A DNA stretch of 64,000 nucleotides from Gammaproteobacteria bacterium (GTDB lineage: Bacteria; Pseudomonadota; Gammaproteobacteria; Steroidobacterales; Foliamicaceae). Made by a program: the position numbers and the translations under genes. Position 1 is the first letter of the stretch. Every line of letters begins with the position of its first letter. Below are positions 37,306 through 47,687 of this stretch, one piece after another. The notes under the pieces were generated by a model. It saw nothing but the letters and a program-made list of their open reading frames with translations. It did no database searches and was not told the DNA's origin. The stretch spans positions 4,017-68,016 of the forward strand of contig JAPOTY010000020.1 of the NCBI GenBank assembly GCA_026708965.1, written 5' to 3'.

Positions 37306-38292
37306 TCAGTCCTTGGGCAGCCAGTTCATCATTTTGCGGAGATTGGCGCCCACGGCTTCGATGGGATGGGCGGCCGTCTTCGCCCGCAATTCGTGCAGAC
37401 GCGGCTCGCCTTTCTCGAACTCCTCGATCCATTCGCGGGCGAAGGCGCCGGACTGAATTTCCTCCAGCACCTCCTTCATCGCCTTGCGGGCCGCTTCGCC
37501 CACCACCCTGGGGCCGCGCGAGTAATTGCCGTACTCGGCGGTGTCGCTCACCGAGTAGTTCATGCGCTTCAAGCCGCCCTCATAGTAGAGGTCAACAATC
37601 AGCTTGAGTTCATGCAGCACCTCGAAGTAGGCCAGTTCCGGCGGATACCCGGCTTCCACCAGCGTCTCGAATCCGGCTTTGATCAGTTCCTCGGAGCCTC
37701 CGCACAGCACCGCCTGCTCGCCGAACAGGTCGGTTTCGGTCTCGTCTTTGAAATTGGTTTCGATCACGCCGGCGCGGATGCCGCCAATGCCGTCGGCGTA
37801 GCTCAACGCAAGATCGAGCGCGCCGCCGGTGGAGTCCTGATGCACGGCGGCCAGGCAGGGCACGCCGGCGCCTTGCAGATACATCCGCCGCACCAGGTGG
37901 CCCGGGCTCTTGGGCGCCACCATGAACACGTCCACATCCGCCGGCGGCTCGACCTGCCCGTACAGCACGCTGAATCCGTGGCCCACCGCCAAGGCTTGGC
38001 CGCTTGCCAGATTGGGCGCCACCGCCGATTCGTAAACGCGGCGATGGTGTTGGTCGGGCACCAGCAGCATCACCACATCGCCCCAGGCGGCGGCCGCTTC
38101 CATATCCATAACGCTCAAGCCTTGGGATGCTGCCTCATCGCGCGACGAGGAACCGTCGCGCAGCCCCACCGCAACCTCAATGCCGCTTTCCTTCAGGTTC
38201 AGCGCGTGCGCGTGCCCCTGGCTTCCGTAGCCCAGCACCGCCACCTTGCGGCTGCGGATGATGGACGGGTCGGCTTCGTAGTGAATCTTCAT
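37306..38292 (-). CDS. ilvC: ketol-acid reductoisomerase (class I)
   Basis: [21 protein letters not shown] and the downstream KARI blocks. Confidence 0.95.
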   Translation of the reverse strand: MKIHYEADPSIIRSRKVAVLGYGSQGHAHALNLKESGIEVAVGLRDGSSSRDEAASQGLSVMDMEAAAAWGDVVMLLVPDQHHRRVYESAVAPNLASGQALAVGHGFSVLYGQVEPPADVDVFMVAPKSPGHLVRRMYLQGAGVPCLAAVHQDSTGGALDLALSYADGIGGIRAGVIETNFKDETETDLFGEQAVLCGGSEELIKAGFETLVEAGYPPELAYFEVLHELKLIVDLYYEGGLKRMNYSVSDTAEYGNYSRGPRVVGEAARKAMKEVLEEIQSGAFAREWIEEFEKGEPRLHELRAKTAAHPIEAVGANLRKMMNWLPKD

Positions 38293-38385
38293 ATCCGTTT
38301 CCTTAAGCTAGATTATTCGATGCCCAAACCGCGAGGGCTGGAAACCCTTTCCTTAGTGCGGTCCCGGGCGGCGCCTTGCGCCGCG

Positions 38386-38979
38386 TCAGTCCGATCCGCC
38401 GTCCTCCGGCTGCGGCGCCCTTTGCATGGCCACGCGCCCGGAGCGCGCCACCTCGTCGATGCCGTGCGGCTTCATCAAGTTGACGAATGCGTCCACTTTT
38501 TTAGTGGGGCCGACGATTTCCAGCGCCAGGATGTCCGGCGTCACATCCACCACGCGGCCGCGGAAAATCTCGTTGACCTGCAGCACATCGGCGCGCTTTT
38601 CACCGCGGCAGCGCACCTTGATGATGCATAACTCGCGTTCGACGAAATCGGTGCCGGTCAGGTCGTCCACCTCGATGGTATCGACCAGCCGATTGAGCTG
38701 GCGCAGAATCTGCGAGATAACCCGCACGCTGCCGCGTGTCACGATGCACAGACGCGAAACCGTGGGATCCTCGGTAACGCCCACGGTCACGCTGTCGAGA
38801 TTAAAACCGCGCGCCGAGAACATGTTCACCACCCGGATCAGCGCGCCCATGGAGTTTTCCAGCAGCACGTTGATGATGTGCTGCTCGATATCGGGAGCGG
38901 CGCCCGCCTCCACCGGCTCGCCCGCCGCCCGCTTGCGTATAAGTTGCTGCGGCGTGAGCGTGATCGCTTCCTCGTTCAT
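38386..38979 (-). CDS. ilvH: acetolactate synthase small (regulatory) subunit
   Basis: ATG 38979 (MNEEAITL...) overlaps the ilvI stop as ATGA. ACT-domain block HIINVLLENSMGALIRVVNMFSARGFNLDSVTVG. Confidence 0.9.
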   Translation of the reverse strand: MNEEAITLTPQQLIRKRAAGEPVEAGAAPDIEQHIINVLLENSMGALIRVVNMFSARGFNLDSVTVGVTEDPTVSRLCIVTRGSVRVISQILRQLNRLVDTIEVDDLTGTDFVERELCIIKVRCRGEKRADVLQVNEIFRGRVVDVTPDILALEIVGPTKKVDAFVNLMKPHGIDEVARSGRVAMQRAPQPEDGGSD

Positions 38980-40772
38980 ACGAACGTTTCCGGCGCATGC
39001 TTGGAAGTGATCATCTCGTCGGACGACTTGCCCGCCGGCACCATCGGGAACACCATCTCTTCCTTCACCACCCGGAACTCCATCACCGCCGGTCGGTCGT
39101 TCACCGCCCAGGCCTTCTCGATCACGCCATCGACCTGGTCCGTCCGCTCGGCGCGGAAGGCCGCGCAACGGCTGGCGCGCGCCAGCTGCACGAAATCCGG
39201 ATTGGTGTCGGTGAGATCGGTATGGCTGAAGCGGTTCTCGTGGAACAGCTCCTGCCACTGGCGCACCATGCCTAGGAAGTTGTTGTTCATAATCACAACT
39301 TTGAGCGGCACGCCATGCGCCGCGGCCACCGCCAGCTCCTGCGCGTTCATCATGAAGCCGCCGTCGCCGTTGATCGAGATGACCGTTTTATCAATGCCGT
39401 AGGCGCGCAGCCCCAAACCGGCGCCCAGCGCCGCCGGCAGCGAGAAGCCCATGGTGCCTAGGCCGCCCGAGGTGATGTGCGAGCGCGGCTGGGTGTATTT
39501 CATGTACTGCGCCGCCCACATCTGATTCTGGCCCACATCCGTCACCACCACCGCATCGCCGCCGGATTTCGCCCGCAGCCTTTCGAGCACGAATTGCGGG
39601 CGCAGTTCGCCGTCGTCGGCATAGCTGAGCGGACACTCGTCCCGCCAGCCTTGGATCTTGTTGTGCCAGCGCTTCACCTTCCTGGCGCGAACCAGCGGGC
39701 GCAGCGCCTCAAGCACGGCCTTGGCATCGGCATTGAAGGCGAGGTCGGCGTAGATGTTTTTGGAAATGCAGGATTTGTCGATTTCGATATGGATGATGGC
39801 GGCATGCGGCGCCCAGCGATCGACCATGCCGGTGACCCGGTCGTCGAACCGCGCCCCCACGGCGATAATGAGGTCGGCATGCTGCACCGCCTGATTGGCC
39901 CACCAAGTGCCGTGCATGCCCAGCATGCCCAGCGACAGCGGATCGTTTTCCGGGAAAGCGCCCAGCCCGTGCAGGCTGGTGGTGACCGGAACATTCAAAT
40001 GCCGGGCAAGCTCCGTGAGCGCCTCGCAGGCATTGGCGTTGATGGCGCCGCCGCCCACGTAGAGCAGCGGCCGTTGGGCGGCCTCGATCATGCGCACCGC
40101 GCGGCGCAGGCGCATTTCGTCGCATTCGTGCGGAACCGAATAGCCGCGCATGCGGATCGCTTCGTCGTAGCCGAACACGCCTTCGCTCATCAGCACGTCC
40201 TTGGGCAGGTCCACCACCACCGGGCCGGGGCGCCCGGTGCGGGCCAGGTGATAGGCCTCGTGAACGATGCGGGGAATGTCTTCCGGCGCGCGCACCAAGT
40301 AGTTGTGCTTGGTGATGCTGCGGGTCACGCCCAGCGTGTCGGTTTCCTGGAAGGCGTCGTTGCCGATCAGCGGCAGCGGCACCTGCCCGGTGAACACCAC
40401 GATGGGCACCGAATCCATGAAGGCGTCGGCGATGCCGGTAACGGTGTTGGTGGCGCCCGGGCCGCTGGTCACCAGCACCGTGCCCACCTCGCCGGTGGCC
40501 TTGGCATAGCCTTCCGCCGCATGCGTGCCGCCCTGCTCGTGGCGCACCAGCACATGCTTGAAGTTGGGCTTCACCCGCGCCATCTCGTCATAGACGTGAA
40601 TGACGGCGCCGCCGGGATGCCCGAATACCACCCGCGCGTCCTCCGCTTCCAGCGCCCGGAGAAAGATCTCCGCGCCCGACATCCTCTTGCCGATATGCTG
40701 CTGAACGGCGGCCCTGCCGCGCAGGCGCGGCTGGGGTTCCGCGAGCGCGGCGGCGGTGCTGGCGCTAGACAT
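38976..40772 (-). CDS. ilvI: acetolactate synthase large subunit
   Basis: ThDP-enzyme blocks [29 protein letters not shown] and [10 protein letters not shown]. The start is either 40772 or the internal MSGAEIF at 40682. Confidence 0.92.
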   Translation of the reverse strand: MSSASTAAALAEPQPRLRGRAAVQQHIGKRMSGAEIFLRALEAEDARVVFGHPGGAVIHVYDEMARVKPNFKHVLVRHEQGGTHAAEGYAKATGEVGTVLVTSGPGATNTVTGIADAFMDSVPIVVFTGQVPLPLIGNDAFQETDTLGVTRSITKHNYLVRAPEDIPRIVHEAYHLARTGRPGPVVVDLPKDVLMSEGVFGYDEAIRMRGYSVPHECDEMRLRRAVRMIEAAQRPLLYVGGGAINANACEALTELARHLNVPVTTSLHGLGAFPENDPLSLGMLGMHGTWWANQAVQHADLIIAVGARFDDRVTGMVDRWAPHAAIIHIEIDKSCISKNIYADLAFNADAKAVLEALRPLVRARKVKRWHNKIQGWRDECPLSYADDGELRPQFVLERLRAKSGGDAVVVTDVGQNQMWAAQYMKYTQPRSHITSGGLGTMGFSLPAALGAGLGLRAYGIDKTVISINGDGGFMMNAQELAVAAAHGVPLKVVIMNNNFLGMVRQWQELFHENRFSHTDLTDTNPDFVQLARASRCAAFRAERTDQVDGVIEKAWAVNDRPAVMEFRVVKEEMVFPMVPAGKSSDEMITSKHAPETFV

Positions 40773-42498
40773 GGGTCAATTCCTCATGGCATGTGGAGTC
40801 GTCGCGCGCTTTTTCCTCTTCGGGGCTATGCACGCGCAGGACGGCGCCGGTCGAAGCGCTGGTCACGAAATGCGTGTAGCGCTCCAGCCAGCCGCCCTTG
40901 ATCTTGGGGCGGAACGGGGCGAGCCGCGCGCGGCGGCGTTCGAGTTCTTCGGAATCCACTTCCATATCCACGCGCCGCTCATCAAGATCGATCACGATGC
41001 GATCGCCCTCCTCAAGCAGCGCGATGGGGCCGCCGGCCGCCGCTTCGGGCGAAACATGGCCTATGGAAAGCCCGCGCGTGGCGCCCGAGAAGCGCCCGTC
41101 GGTGAGCAGCGCCGCGGAGGTGTCCAGGCCCATGCCCGCGATGGCGGAAGTGGGCTGAAGCATTTCGGGCATGCCGGGGCCGCCGCGCGGCCCTTCATGG
41201 CGGATCACCACCACATCGCCCTCGCATACTTCTCCGGCCATGATTCCGGCCACGGCCTCGTCCTGCGATTCGTAGATGCGCGCCCTGCCCTCGAAGCGTT
41301 GCAAATGCGGCGGCACTGCGCCCACCTTGATGATCGCGCCCTCCGGCGCCAAGGAACCGAACAGCACGCTCAACCCCCCGGTGGCCCGGAAGGCGGTGCC
41401 GCGATCGCGGATAACGGAGCGGTTTCGCACTTCCGCCTGCTCAAGTTGCTCGCGCAAAGTGCCCGCTACAGTCGGCCGGTCCGAGTTCAGAACGCCGATG
41501 GCGTCCAGTTCCTTGAGAATGGCCTGCACGCCGCCGGCCTGTTCCACATCCTCCATGTGAACGTCCGGCGTGGCCGGCGACACCTTGCAGATGTACGGCA
41601 CCCGGTCGGACATCTCGTTGATCCGGTGGAGGTCGTAGGGCACTTCGGCCTCATGGGTGGCGGCCAGCAGGTGCAGCACCGTGTTGGTGGAGCCGCCCAT
41701 GGCCATGTCCAGCGCAAATCCGTCATCAAATGCGTCCACGGTCACGATGTCGCGGGGTTTTAGGTCCTGCTCGACCAGCTCCACGATTCGCCGGCCGGCC
41801 TCTTTCACCAGCTGCTCGCGCCTGGGGTCCACGGCCAGGATCGAGCCGTTGCCGGGCAGCGCCAGCCCCAGCGCCTCGAGCAGGCAGTTCATGGAGTTGG
41901 CGGTGAACATGCCGGAGCAGGAGCCGCAAGTTGGGCAGCTGAGCTCTTCGAGCTGTTTCAGCTCCTCATCGCTCAGGTCGCCTTTCTGATGCCGCCCCAC
42001 GGCCTCGAAAACCGTCGCAAGGTCCGATTTGCCGCCTCCCGGAAGTTTGCCGGCCTTCATGGGGCCGCCGGAAACGAAAACCGTGGGAATATTGATCCGC
42101 AGCGCGCCCATCAGCATGCCGGGCACGATCTTGTCGCAGTTGGATATGCACACCAGGCCGTCTAGGCAATGGGCCAGCGCCATCGTCTCAACCGAATCGG
42201 CGATCAGTTCGCGCGACGGCAGCGAATAGCGCATTCCGATATGGCCCATGGCGATGCCGTCGTCCACGCCAATGGTATTGAACTCGAATGGCAGCCCGCC
42301 GGCCTCGCGCACGGCCTCGCGCGCCGCGGCGCCGAGCTTTTGCAAATGCACATGCCCGGGAATCAATTCCACAAACGAATTGCAGATGCCGATGAAGGGC
42401 CGCTCGAAGTCCTCATCCGAACGCACCACGCCGGTGGCGCGCAACAACGAGCGATGCGGCGCTCTCTCGATGCCGCGCTTTACGGTGTCGCTTCTCAT
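40765..42498 (-). CDS. ilvD: dihydroxy-acid dehydratase
   Basis: ATG 42498 ([19 protein letters not shown]...) lies within ORF 40765..42552. Blocks seen: [25 protein letters not shown] and [14 protein letters not shown]. Confidence 0.95.
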   Translation of the reverse strand: MRSDTVKRGIERAPHRSLLRATGVVRSDEDFERPFIGICNSFVELIPGHVHLQKLGAAAREAVREAGGLPFEFNTIGVDDGIAMGHIGMRYSLPSRELIADSVETMALAHCLDGLVCISNCDKIVPGMLMGALRINIPTVFVSGGPMKAGKLPGGGKSDLATVFEAVGRHQKGDLSDEELKQLEELSCPTCGSCSGMFTANSMNCLLEALGLALPGNGSILAVDPRREQLVKEAGRRIVELVEQDLKPRDIVTVDAFDDGFALDMAMGGSTNTVLHLLAATHEAEVPYDLHRINEMSDRVPYICKVSPATPDVHMEDVEQAGGVQAILKELDAIGVLNSDRPTVAGTLREQLEQAEVRNRSVIRDRGTAFRATGGLSVLFGSLAPEGAIIKVGAVPPHLQRFEGRARIYESQDEAVAGIMAGEVCEGDVVVIRHEGPRGGPGMPEMLQPTSAIAGMGLDTSAALLTDGRFSGATRGLSIGHVSPEAAAGGPIALLEEGDRIVIDLDERRVDMEVDSEELERRRARLAPFRPKIKGGWLERYTHFVTSASTGAVLRVHSPEEEKARDDSTCHEELTHV

Positions 42499-42697
42499 TA
42501 TTCCAAGCCTGCCGCGCCGACGCCGACTATTCGCGCCAGCCCAACCGAACATCTTACATCACCAATCCCTGAAAAATGCTGCTGTAGATGTTGTTTGTTG
42601 GGCACTGCTGCCGCTGATGAACGCGCCAGCCCTTAACGAAAGAGCTTGGCGCTAACGCTAGCGGGCCCTAGTTTTGCGGGGAGCCTGCTTCCCCTAA

Positions 42698-43027
42698 TTA
42701 CTCTTTCTGCGCGGGCGGCATGGGTTCCGGCGTATAAAATATCCGCAGCACTCTCGGCCTGTCGAAATAGGAACGCGGTATGGTGGTTCCGTCGTCCAGA
42801 ACCACTCCCCCCACGTTAGGCGGCAGAGAGGGCAGCCTGCTTAAAACCGGTTCCATCTCTGCCCATGTGCGTCCCTGCTCATCCCCAGGATCCCAAGTTT
42901 CCCAAGAGAAGTTCTCCCAAGCTTCGGCTGTAAACCCCGGGGGTGGCTTGCTCGACGCAAACGACCAATATCCCACCCCGGCGGCTAGTGCCAAACAAAG
43001 GAAAAATAGAAAGAACGCCGTTTTCAT
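42698..43027 (-). CDS. hypothetical signal-anchored protein
   Basis: 109-aa ORF with an N-terminal hydrophobic helix (MKTAFFLFFLCLALAAGVGYW). It lies 9 nt downstream of the 77-aa ORF in an AT-richer region. Confidence 0.45.
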   Translation of the reverse strand: MKTAFFLFFLCLALAAGVGYWSFASSKPPPGFTAEAWENFSWETWDPGDEQGRTWAEMEPVLSRLPSLPPNVGGVVLDDGTTIPRSYFDRPRVLRIFYTPEPMPPAQKE

Positions 43028-43036
43028 GCCACCAAT

Positions 43037-43270
43037 TTACGGCAAGTTGTAGCAGGCACCACCAGTATATGACGAGTAGGAGTTGAACCCCATAGAGTAA
43101 AGTTTCTGGGCGCAGGTCCCTTGTGCTTTTCCCGCCGAATCAAATGAGCATCCCCCAAGAAAATAGTATGTTGTCCCTGAGCAGGCGGGCTGCTTCCAAG
43201 CAGGGAACGCTTCAATTGCAGTAGGGGAAAGCGCAACGCCTTTCTGCCAGAGCCAATGCGGTGCCAGCAT
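43037..43270 (-). CDS. hypothetical small Cys/Gly/Ser/Tyr-rich protein
   Basis: 77-aa ATG-initiated ORF with four Cys residues in its C-terminal 48 aa. No family recognised. Confidence 0.3.
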   Translation of the reverse strand: MLAPHWLWQKGVALSPTAIEAFPAWKQPACSGTTYYFLGGCSFDSAGKAQGTCAQKLYSMGFNSYSSYTGGACYNLP

Positions 43271-43378
43271 TACGCGGACTCATTTTTTTCACTACTGGTT
43301 TCCTCGGAAAGTTGGAATTTACTATACACGTTTGTTTCGCTATGAATTTGAATACTTCATTGCCAGCCCCTCCACGCC

Positions 43379-43519
43379 GACGCGCCGCAGGCCAAGGGCC
43401 GGGTGGACCGGGCCAACCGGACGCTGCAGGACCGCTTGGTCAAGGAGTTGAGGCTGGAAGGCATGGGCTCCATGGAGGCGGGCAACGCCTTTCTCCCGTC
43501 GTTCATGGAGGACCACAAC
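43379..43519 (+). pseudogene. C-terminal remnant of a DDE (rve integrase-core) transposase
   Basis: The translation DAPQAKGRVDRANRTLQDRLVKELRLEGMGSMEAGNAFLPSFMEDHN matches the SPQ.KGR.ER.N.TLQDRLVKELRL signature, which I associate with ISNCY/IS1202-group transposases. About 47 codons of homology remain. An in-frame stop lies at 43349-43351, and no catalytic domain is present upstream. Confidence 0.6.
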
Positions 43520-43616
43520 TTGCTGGCGGGGCTATTGTGTCATCACCTTCAGTTGGCGGAGCTATCGCCAGATCTATATTATCGATCCTAACGGGATCGA
43601 TCTCGACAGTGATAGC

Positions 43617-43898
43617 GTGGACATGCGGATGAAATTCAAATATTTTCTCTTGCGGCCCGATTTATCGAGGCGCGAAAATTTTTTCCGTGCGCTCGCACCT
43701 GTGGGAGGATTGCTAGGGCTTGTTGCCATCTCTTTCGCCCCGATAAAGAGGGGCGATTGGTGGGGTGCCGTGCTTACCATACTGGCCGTTCTGGTCATCA
43801 TGGCACCCGTCTGGTGGCTTCAATACAGAGCCACAAAACGGCGGATAGAAAAAAAAGCCCAAGACCGTACCATCCGTCACCATGCGCCAGAAACGTAA
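43617..43898 (+). CDS. hypothetical two-TM small membrane protein
   Basis: 93-aa ORF with two clear hydrophobic helices, in an AT-richer region. Confidence 0.35.
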   Translation: MDMRMKFKYFLLRPDLSRRENFFRALAPVGGLLGLVAISFAPIKRGDWWGAVLTILAVLVIMAPVWWLQYRATKRRIEKKAQDRTIRHHAPET

Positions 43899-44127
43899 GC
43901 TTGCCTACGGCACTGTTCTTGTTTTCTTGCTGGTGGCTGCGACCGGTTGGCTTTTCTCCATATTCTTCGGCTTTTTCTTGGTGGAAGAGTTATATCGAGA
44001 CGGGCTTCTGAAGCGTGAATGGATAGCCCATCGCGCTACAGCCGCATTTATGGATATTGCCTTTTTGGCGGGAGGCTTGGGGATCGCTTGGTTCTTCGTG
44101 GGCCGGAAAAAATCATTTTGGCGATAA
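43882..44127 (+). CDS. hypothetical two-TM small membrane protein
   Basis: 81-aa ORF with two hydrophobic helices. It overlaps the previous ORF by 17 nt. Confidence 0.35.
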   Translation: MRQKRKLAYGTVLVFLLVAATGWLFSIFFGFFLVEELYRDGLLKREWIAHRATAAFMDIAFLAGGLGIAWFFVGRKKSFWR

Positions 44128-44273
44128 TAGGCATAAGAGGAATACTGGAGTTGCTCCGTTTTCAGGGACGGTGGTTAAGTATTTGGGACTGCCGTAGTGC
44201 TTATGCTCTTGAATCTTAAGCATGTTTCACTTCCTTCGTAGCGTGGATTGCTCGGCGGCGCTTCCCCGGTGGT

Positions 44274-45710
44274 TTATCTGCCGTTTTTGCGCCAGCCGCC
44301 GCCGAGGGCTTGGTAGAGGCTGACGATGGCGTTGAGGTGGGCGCGTTTATTGCTGAGCACGTTGTTGCGGGCGCTGTAGAGGAAATCCTGCGCGGTGAGG
44401 ACGCGCTGGTAGTCGATCACGCCTTCGCGGTAGCGCACCTCGGCGATCCGCAACGATTCCTCGGCGCGTTTGAGGTCTTCCAGCGCGATTTTGCTGAGCG
44501 AGTCGAGCAGCTCGATATTGCCCAGCGCGATTTCGATGTCGTTGAACGCGCGGATGACGGTTTCGCGATAGCTGGCCAGCGACGAATCCATCGCCAGCCG
44601 GGCACTCTCTCTGGCCCGCCCGCGGCGGCCGAAATCAAACACGTTTTGCACCAAGGAGGCGCTCAGTGAGGCTGCGGCGCTGTTGTCCGAGGTCAATTTG
44701 CGCAGATCGCTGCTTGCAGTGTTGGCGGATGCAGTCAGCGAGATGCCGGGCAGCAGCGCGTTGCGCGCGATGGACACGTTGGCCCGCGTCCGGCGAAGGC
44801 TCATTTCGGCTTGCACGATGTCGGGCCGGCGGATGAGCAGCTCCGAGGGCAGGCCGGGAGCTATGGATGGCGTAAGCAAGCCATCAAGCGTGGTGGCCTG
44901 AACATCGAAATTGCGAACCGGTTCTACCACCAGCAGGGCCAGCGCCGCCCGCGCGGCGTATTCCTCTTGGCGCAATTGCGCCAGCGCATTGCGCTGCCTT
45001 TGCACGGCGATCTGCTGCTGAAGCGCGTCGATGGGAGTGAGCACTCCTGCCTCCACGCGCGCACGGGTGATCCGCTCAATGGCTTCCGCGTTCTGCAAGT
45101 TGAGCCGCGCCGCCTCGATCTGGTCGCGTGCGTAGAGGATGCGGAAGTACGTTGAAGCGGCGGTGCCGAGCAAATTCAGCCGAGTGGCGGCAAGTTGCGC
45201 CGCAGCCGATTCAAAAGCGGCTTCGGCAACCTCGAAACGGTACGGCTTGCTGAGGATGTCCGCGTAGCTCAGGCTTAGCGCCAGGCTCCCGGAGCCGGAA
45301 TCGCCGTCCTGAAATGCGCCGCCTGGCGGGGCTGCTCCGCTATAGGTGCCGCCAGCGTTGAAATTGACCACTGGCGTGGGATAGAGATCGAAGCCGGCAT
45401 CGATCAGAGCCAGCTGCGCCTGACGCAAGCTGCGTTCAGCGTTCTCAAGACTCAGGTTGCGCTCCTGGACCCGCTGCATAAGGCCGCGCAACTCGCCGCT
45501 GCCAAAGGTGTCCCACCATTCCTCTCCGGGCCACTCGCCGATCGCGGTGGCGCCCCAGTCCGGCGGCGTGTCCGCATCTAGCGCGGGCATGGAAACCGTG
45601 GAGCAGGCCGCCAGCGCTATAGCCGCCAGAAGCGGCGCAAAGGGCAGCATGCTTGCGGCGATTCGCGATTGCCTGTTGATGGTGCCGAGATACAAGTTCG
45701 CCTTTTTCAT
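44274..45710 (-). CDS. efflux outer-membrane factor lipoprotein (NodT/TolC family)
   Basis: 478 aa with the lipobox LAACS and two TolC-like repeats rich in Ala/Leu/Gln/Arg. It lies directly downstream of macA-macB. Confidence 0.85.
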   Translation of the reverse strand: MKKANLYLGTINRQSRIAASMLPFAPLLAAIALAACSTVSMPALDADTPPDWGATAIGEWPGEEWWDTFGSGELRGLMQRVQERNLSLENAERSLRQAQLALIDAGFDLYPTPVVNFNAGGTYSGAAPPGGAFQDGDSGSGSLALSLSYADILSKPYRFEVAEAAFESAAAQLAATRLNLLGTAASTYFRILYARDQIEAARLNLQNAEAIERITRARVEAGVLTPIDALQQQIAVQRQRNALAQLRQEEYAARAALALLVVEPVRNFDVQATTLDGLLTPSIAPGLPSELLIRRPDIVQAEMSLRRTRANVSIARNALLPGISLTASANTASSDLRKLTSDNSAAASLSASLVQNVFDFGRRGRARESARLAMDSSLASYRETVIRAFNDIEIALGNIELLDSLSKIALEDLKRAEESLRIAEVRYREGVIDYQRVLTAQDFLYSARNNVLSNKRAHLNAIVSLYQALGGGWRKNGR

Positions 45711-45743
45711 CTCGCTTCCTCAGATTCCCGCAGTTTGCGGATA

Positions 45744-47687
45744 TTAAGCCCGCAACGCGGCGACCGGATCCATCCCCGCCGCCCGCCGCGCCGGCGCAAA
45801 GCCGAATATCACGCCAGTCAATGTGGCGCAGGACAGCCCAACAAGCAGAATCCCGGGCGTGAACGCCACGACCGCTGTGGGCGCGAAACTGTTCGCCAAG
45901 GCCCCCAGCCCCAGCGCGCCGATCAGTCCAATGGCGCCGCCCAGCCCCGCTACCATCGCAGCCTCGCAAACGAACTGCATCAGGATATCGCGCTGGCGGG
46001 CGCCGATGGCCATGCGCAGTCCAACCTCGCGGGTGCGTTCGGCCACCGAAGCCAGCATGATGTTCATGACGCCAATGCCGGCCACCACCAGCGAAATGCC
46101 ACCGATGGCGCCGAACACCAAGCTTACGATCCGCCCGATATTGTTCTGGACCTCCATGATTTCCGCTTGGTTGGTTATCCGAAACGCGCTTCCCCCATGA
46201 TGTCGGCTCATTAGGGCCTCGATCGAATTCTGGACTGTCCCGACTTGATCCGTATTGGCGGCGACAACCTGAATCGAGTCGAGGTTGTCGCGGTCGAATA
46301 GCCGCGCTGCGCCGGTCGTAAGCGGCACATGGGCGGACCGTTGCGCGAAATCGAAGGAGCCGAATCTACCCTCGTTTCGCTTGAGCACGCCGATTACCTG
46401 GTACGGCTCGCCGTTGATCAGGACATACTCGCCCACCGCCCGGGCACGTTCGCCATACAGGTTGCCGGCCAGCAGCCCGCCCAGAATGACCACCGGGGCG
46501 TAGCTCTCGCTATGTGTCTCGTCGAAGAATATGCCTTCGGCCAGGATCAGGCCGCGCTCCCGCATCGCCCTGCCGGTAGTGGCGGTGATGCGCGCGCTTT
46601 CGCTGTTGCCTCCTCCAACCAGAGTCCCGCCGCCGCTGATTTCAGGCGCCACCAAAAGCAGGTTGGGGATTTGCGAGCGGATTGCTTCCGCGTCACTGAG
46701 GGTAAGAGGCTTGCTGTCTTCGCCGAACCGGGGACTGATCATGATGCCGGCACCGCCGAGATGCCGGAAACTGTCCATTATCGAGTTGCGCATGCCCTGA
46801 GCCACGCCCAGCATGGCAGTGACCGAGAACACCCCGATCACGATGCCCAGCAGCGTGAGTGCGGTACGCGATTTGTTTCCGCGCAGTGTGCGGTGCGCGG
46901 TGCGCAAGCTTTCCGCCAGCGATGCCACCGGCGCCCGGATGCGCGTCGCCCCCGCGGTCGCCGCGCCAACGGTCGAAACTTGCCGCCCCGGATTAGTGCC
47001 CGTGTCGCTTACCACGCGACCGTCCAGCAGCTCGATGCGCCGGTCTGCGTAGCGGGCCACAACGGGATCGTGCGTCACCAGTATTACAGTGCATCCGCGC
47101 TCGGGTAGCGCGTTCAGTTGCGCCATGATCTCCTCGCCGTTGCGCGAATCCACCGAGCCCGTGGGCTCATCGGCTAGCACGACCGCCGCGCCGTTCATCA
47201 GCGCCCGCGCAATGGCCACCCGCTGCCGCTCGCCGCCCGACAGCTCGTTGGGATGATGGCCGGTGCGGTGCGCCAGACCCAGCGTGGAAAGCAGCTCCGC
47301 CGCCCGTGCCCAGCGGATGCGCCTGCGTGTTCCCGCGTAAATGGCGGGCATCTCGACGTTTTCCTGGGCCGTGACCATGCGCAGCAAGTTGTAGTCTTGG
47401 AACACGAATCCGAACGCTTTTCGCCTTAAGCGGGCTCGTTCATCGGCGCTGGTCGCGTGGACTGGCTGTCCGTCGTGGAAATACTCGCCGCCGCTCGGTT
47501 GGTCGAGACAGCCGATGATATTCATCAGCGTAGTTTTACCGGACCCGGACGGGCCCATCACCGCTACGAACTCACCAGCGTATATGTCCAGTGTCACATT
47601 CTTCAGCGCGCCTACCTCGGCATCGCCTGCGCGATACCGCCGACTGATGTTTTCAAGCCTGATCAGCGGCGGAGCTCGGTCCTCCAT
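45744..47687 (-). CDS. macB: macrolide-type export ATP-binding/permease fusion protein
   Basis: N-terminal ABC domain (GPSGSGKTT, LSGGERQRVAIARAL) fused to a C-terminal FtsX-like permease. 647 aa. Confidence 0.9.
   Translation of the reverse strand: MEDRAPPLIRLENISRRYRAGDAEVGALKNVTLDIYAGEFVAVMGPSGSGKTTLMNIIGCLDQPSGGEYFHDGQPVHATSADERARLRRKAFGFVFQDYNLLRMVTAQENVEMPAIYAGTRRRIRWARAAELLSTLGLAHRTGHHPNELSGGERQRVAIARALMNGAAVVLADEPTGSVDSRNGEEIMAQLNALPERGCTVILVTHDPVVARYADRRIELLDGRVVSDTGTNPGRQVSTVGAATAGATRIRAPVASLAESLRTAHRTLRGNKSRTALTLLGIVIGVFSVTAMLGVAQGMRNSIMDSFRHLGGAGIMISPRFGEDSKPLTLSDAEAIRSQIPNLLLVAPEISGGGTLVGGGNSESARITATTGRAMRERGLILAEGIFFDETHSESYAPVVILGGLLAGNLYGERARAVGEYVLINGEPYQVIGVLKRNEGRFGSFDFAQRSAHVPLTTGAARLFDRDNLDSIQVVAANTDQVGTVQNSIEALMSRHHGGSAFRITNQAEIMEVQNNIGRIVSLVFGAIGGISLVVAGIGVMNIMLASVAERTREVGLRMAIGARQRDILMQFVCEAAMVAGLGGAIGLIGALGLGALANSFAPTAVVAFTPGILLVGLSCATLTGVIFGFAPARRAAGMDPVAALRA

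Noticed and set aside
37033-38631. 532-aa plus-strand ORF. Similar long antisense ORFs lie at 39477-40901, 40756-41763, 53361-54338, 15559-16596 and 62767-63870.
   Set aside because: All are antisense to, or out of frame with, genes that have unambiguous family motifs (ilvC/ilvH, ilvI, ilvD, ftsE, aapM, argB/argH). All have Arg/Ala/Gly/His-rich compositions without recognisable domains.
42499-42697. Possible ilv leader peptide or attenuator upstream of ilvD.
   Set aside because: No short ORF rich in Ile, Val or Leu codons is present. The only structure is a short GC hairpin, ggggaagcaggctcccc on the minus strand, just after the upstream gene's stop. That hairpin looks more like the upstream gene's terminator.
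43261-43632. 123-aa plus-strand ORF spanning the transposase remnant.
   Set aside because: It is in a different frame from the recognisable rve-type homology. It is Gly/Pro/Ala-rich without motifs and probably non-coding.
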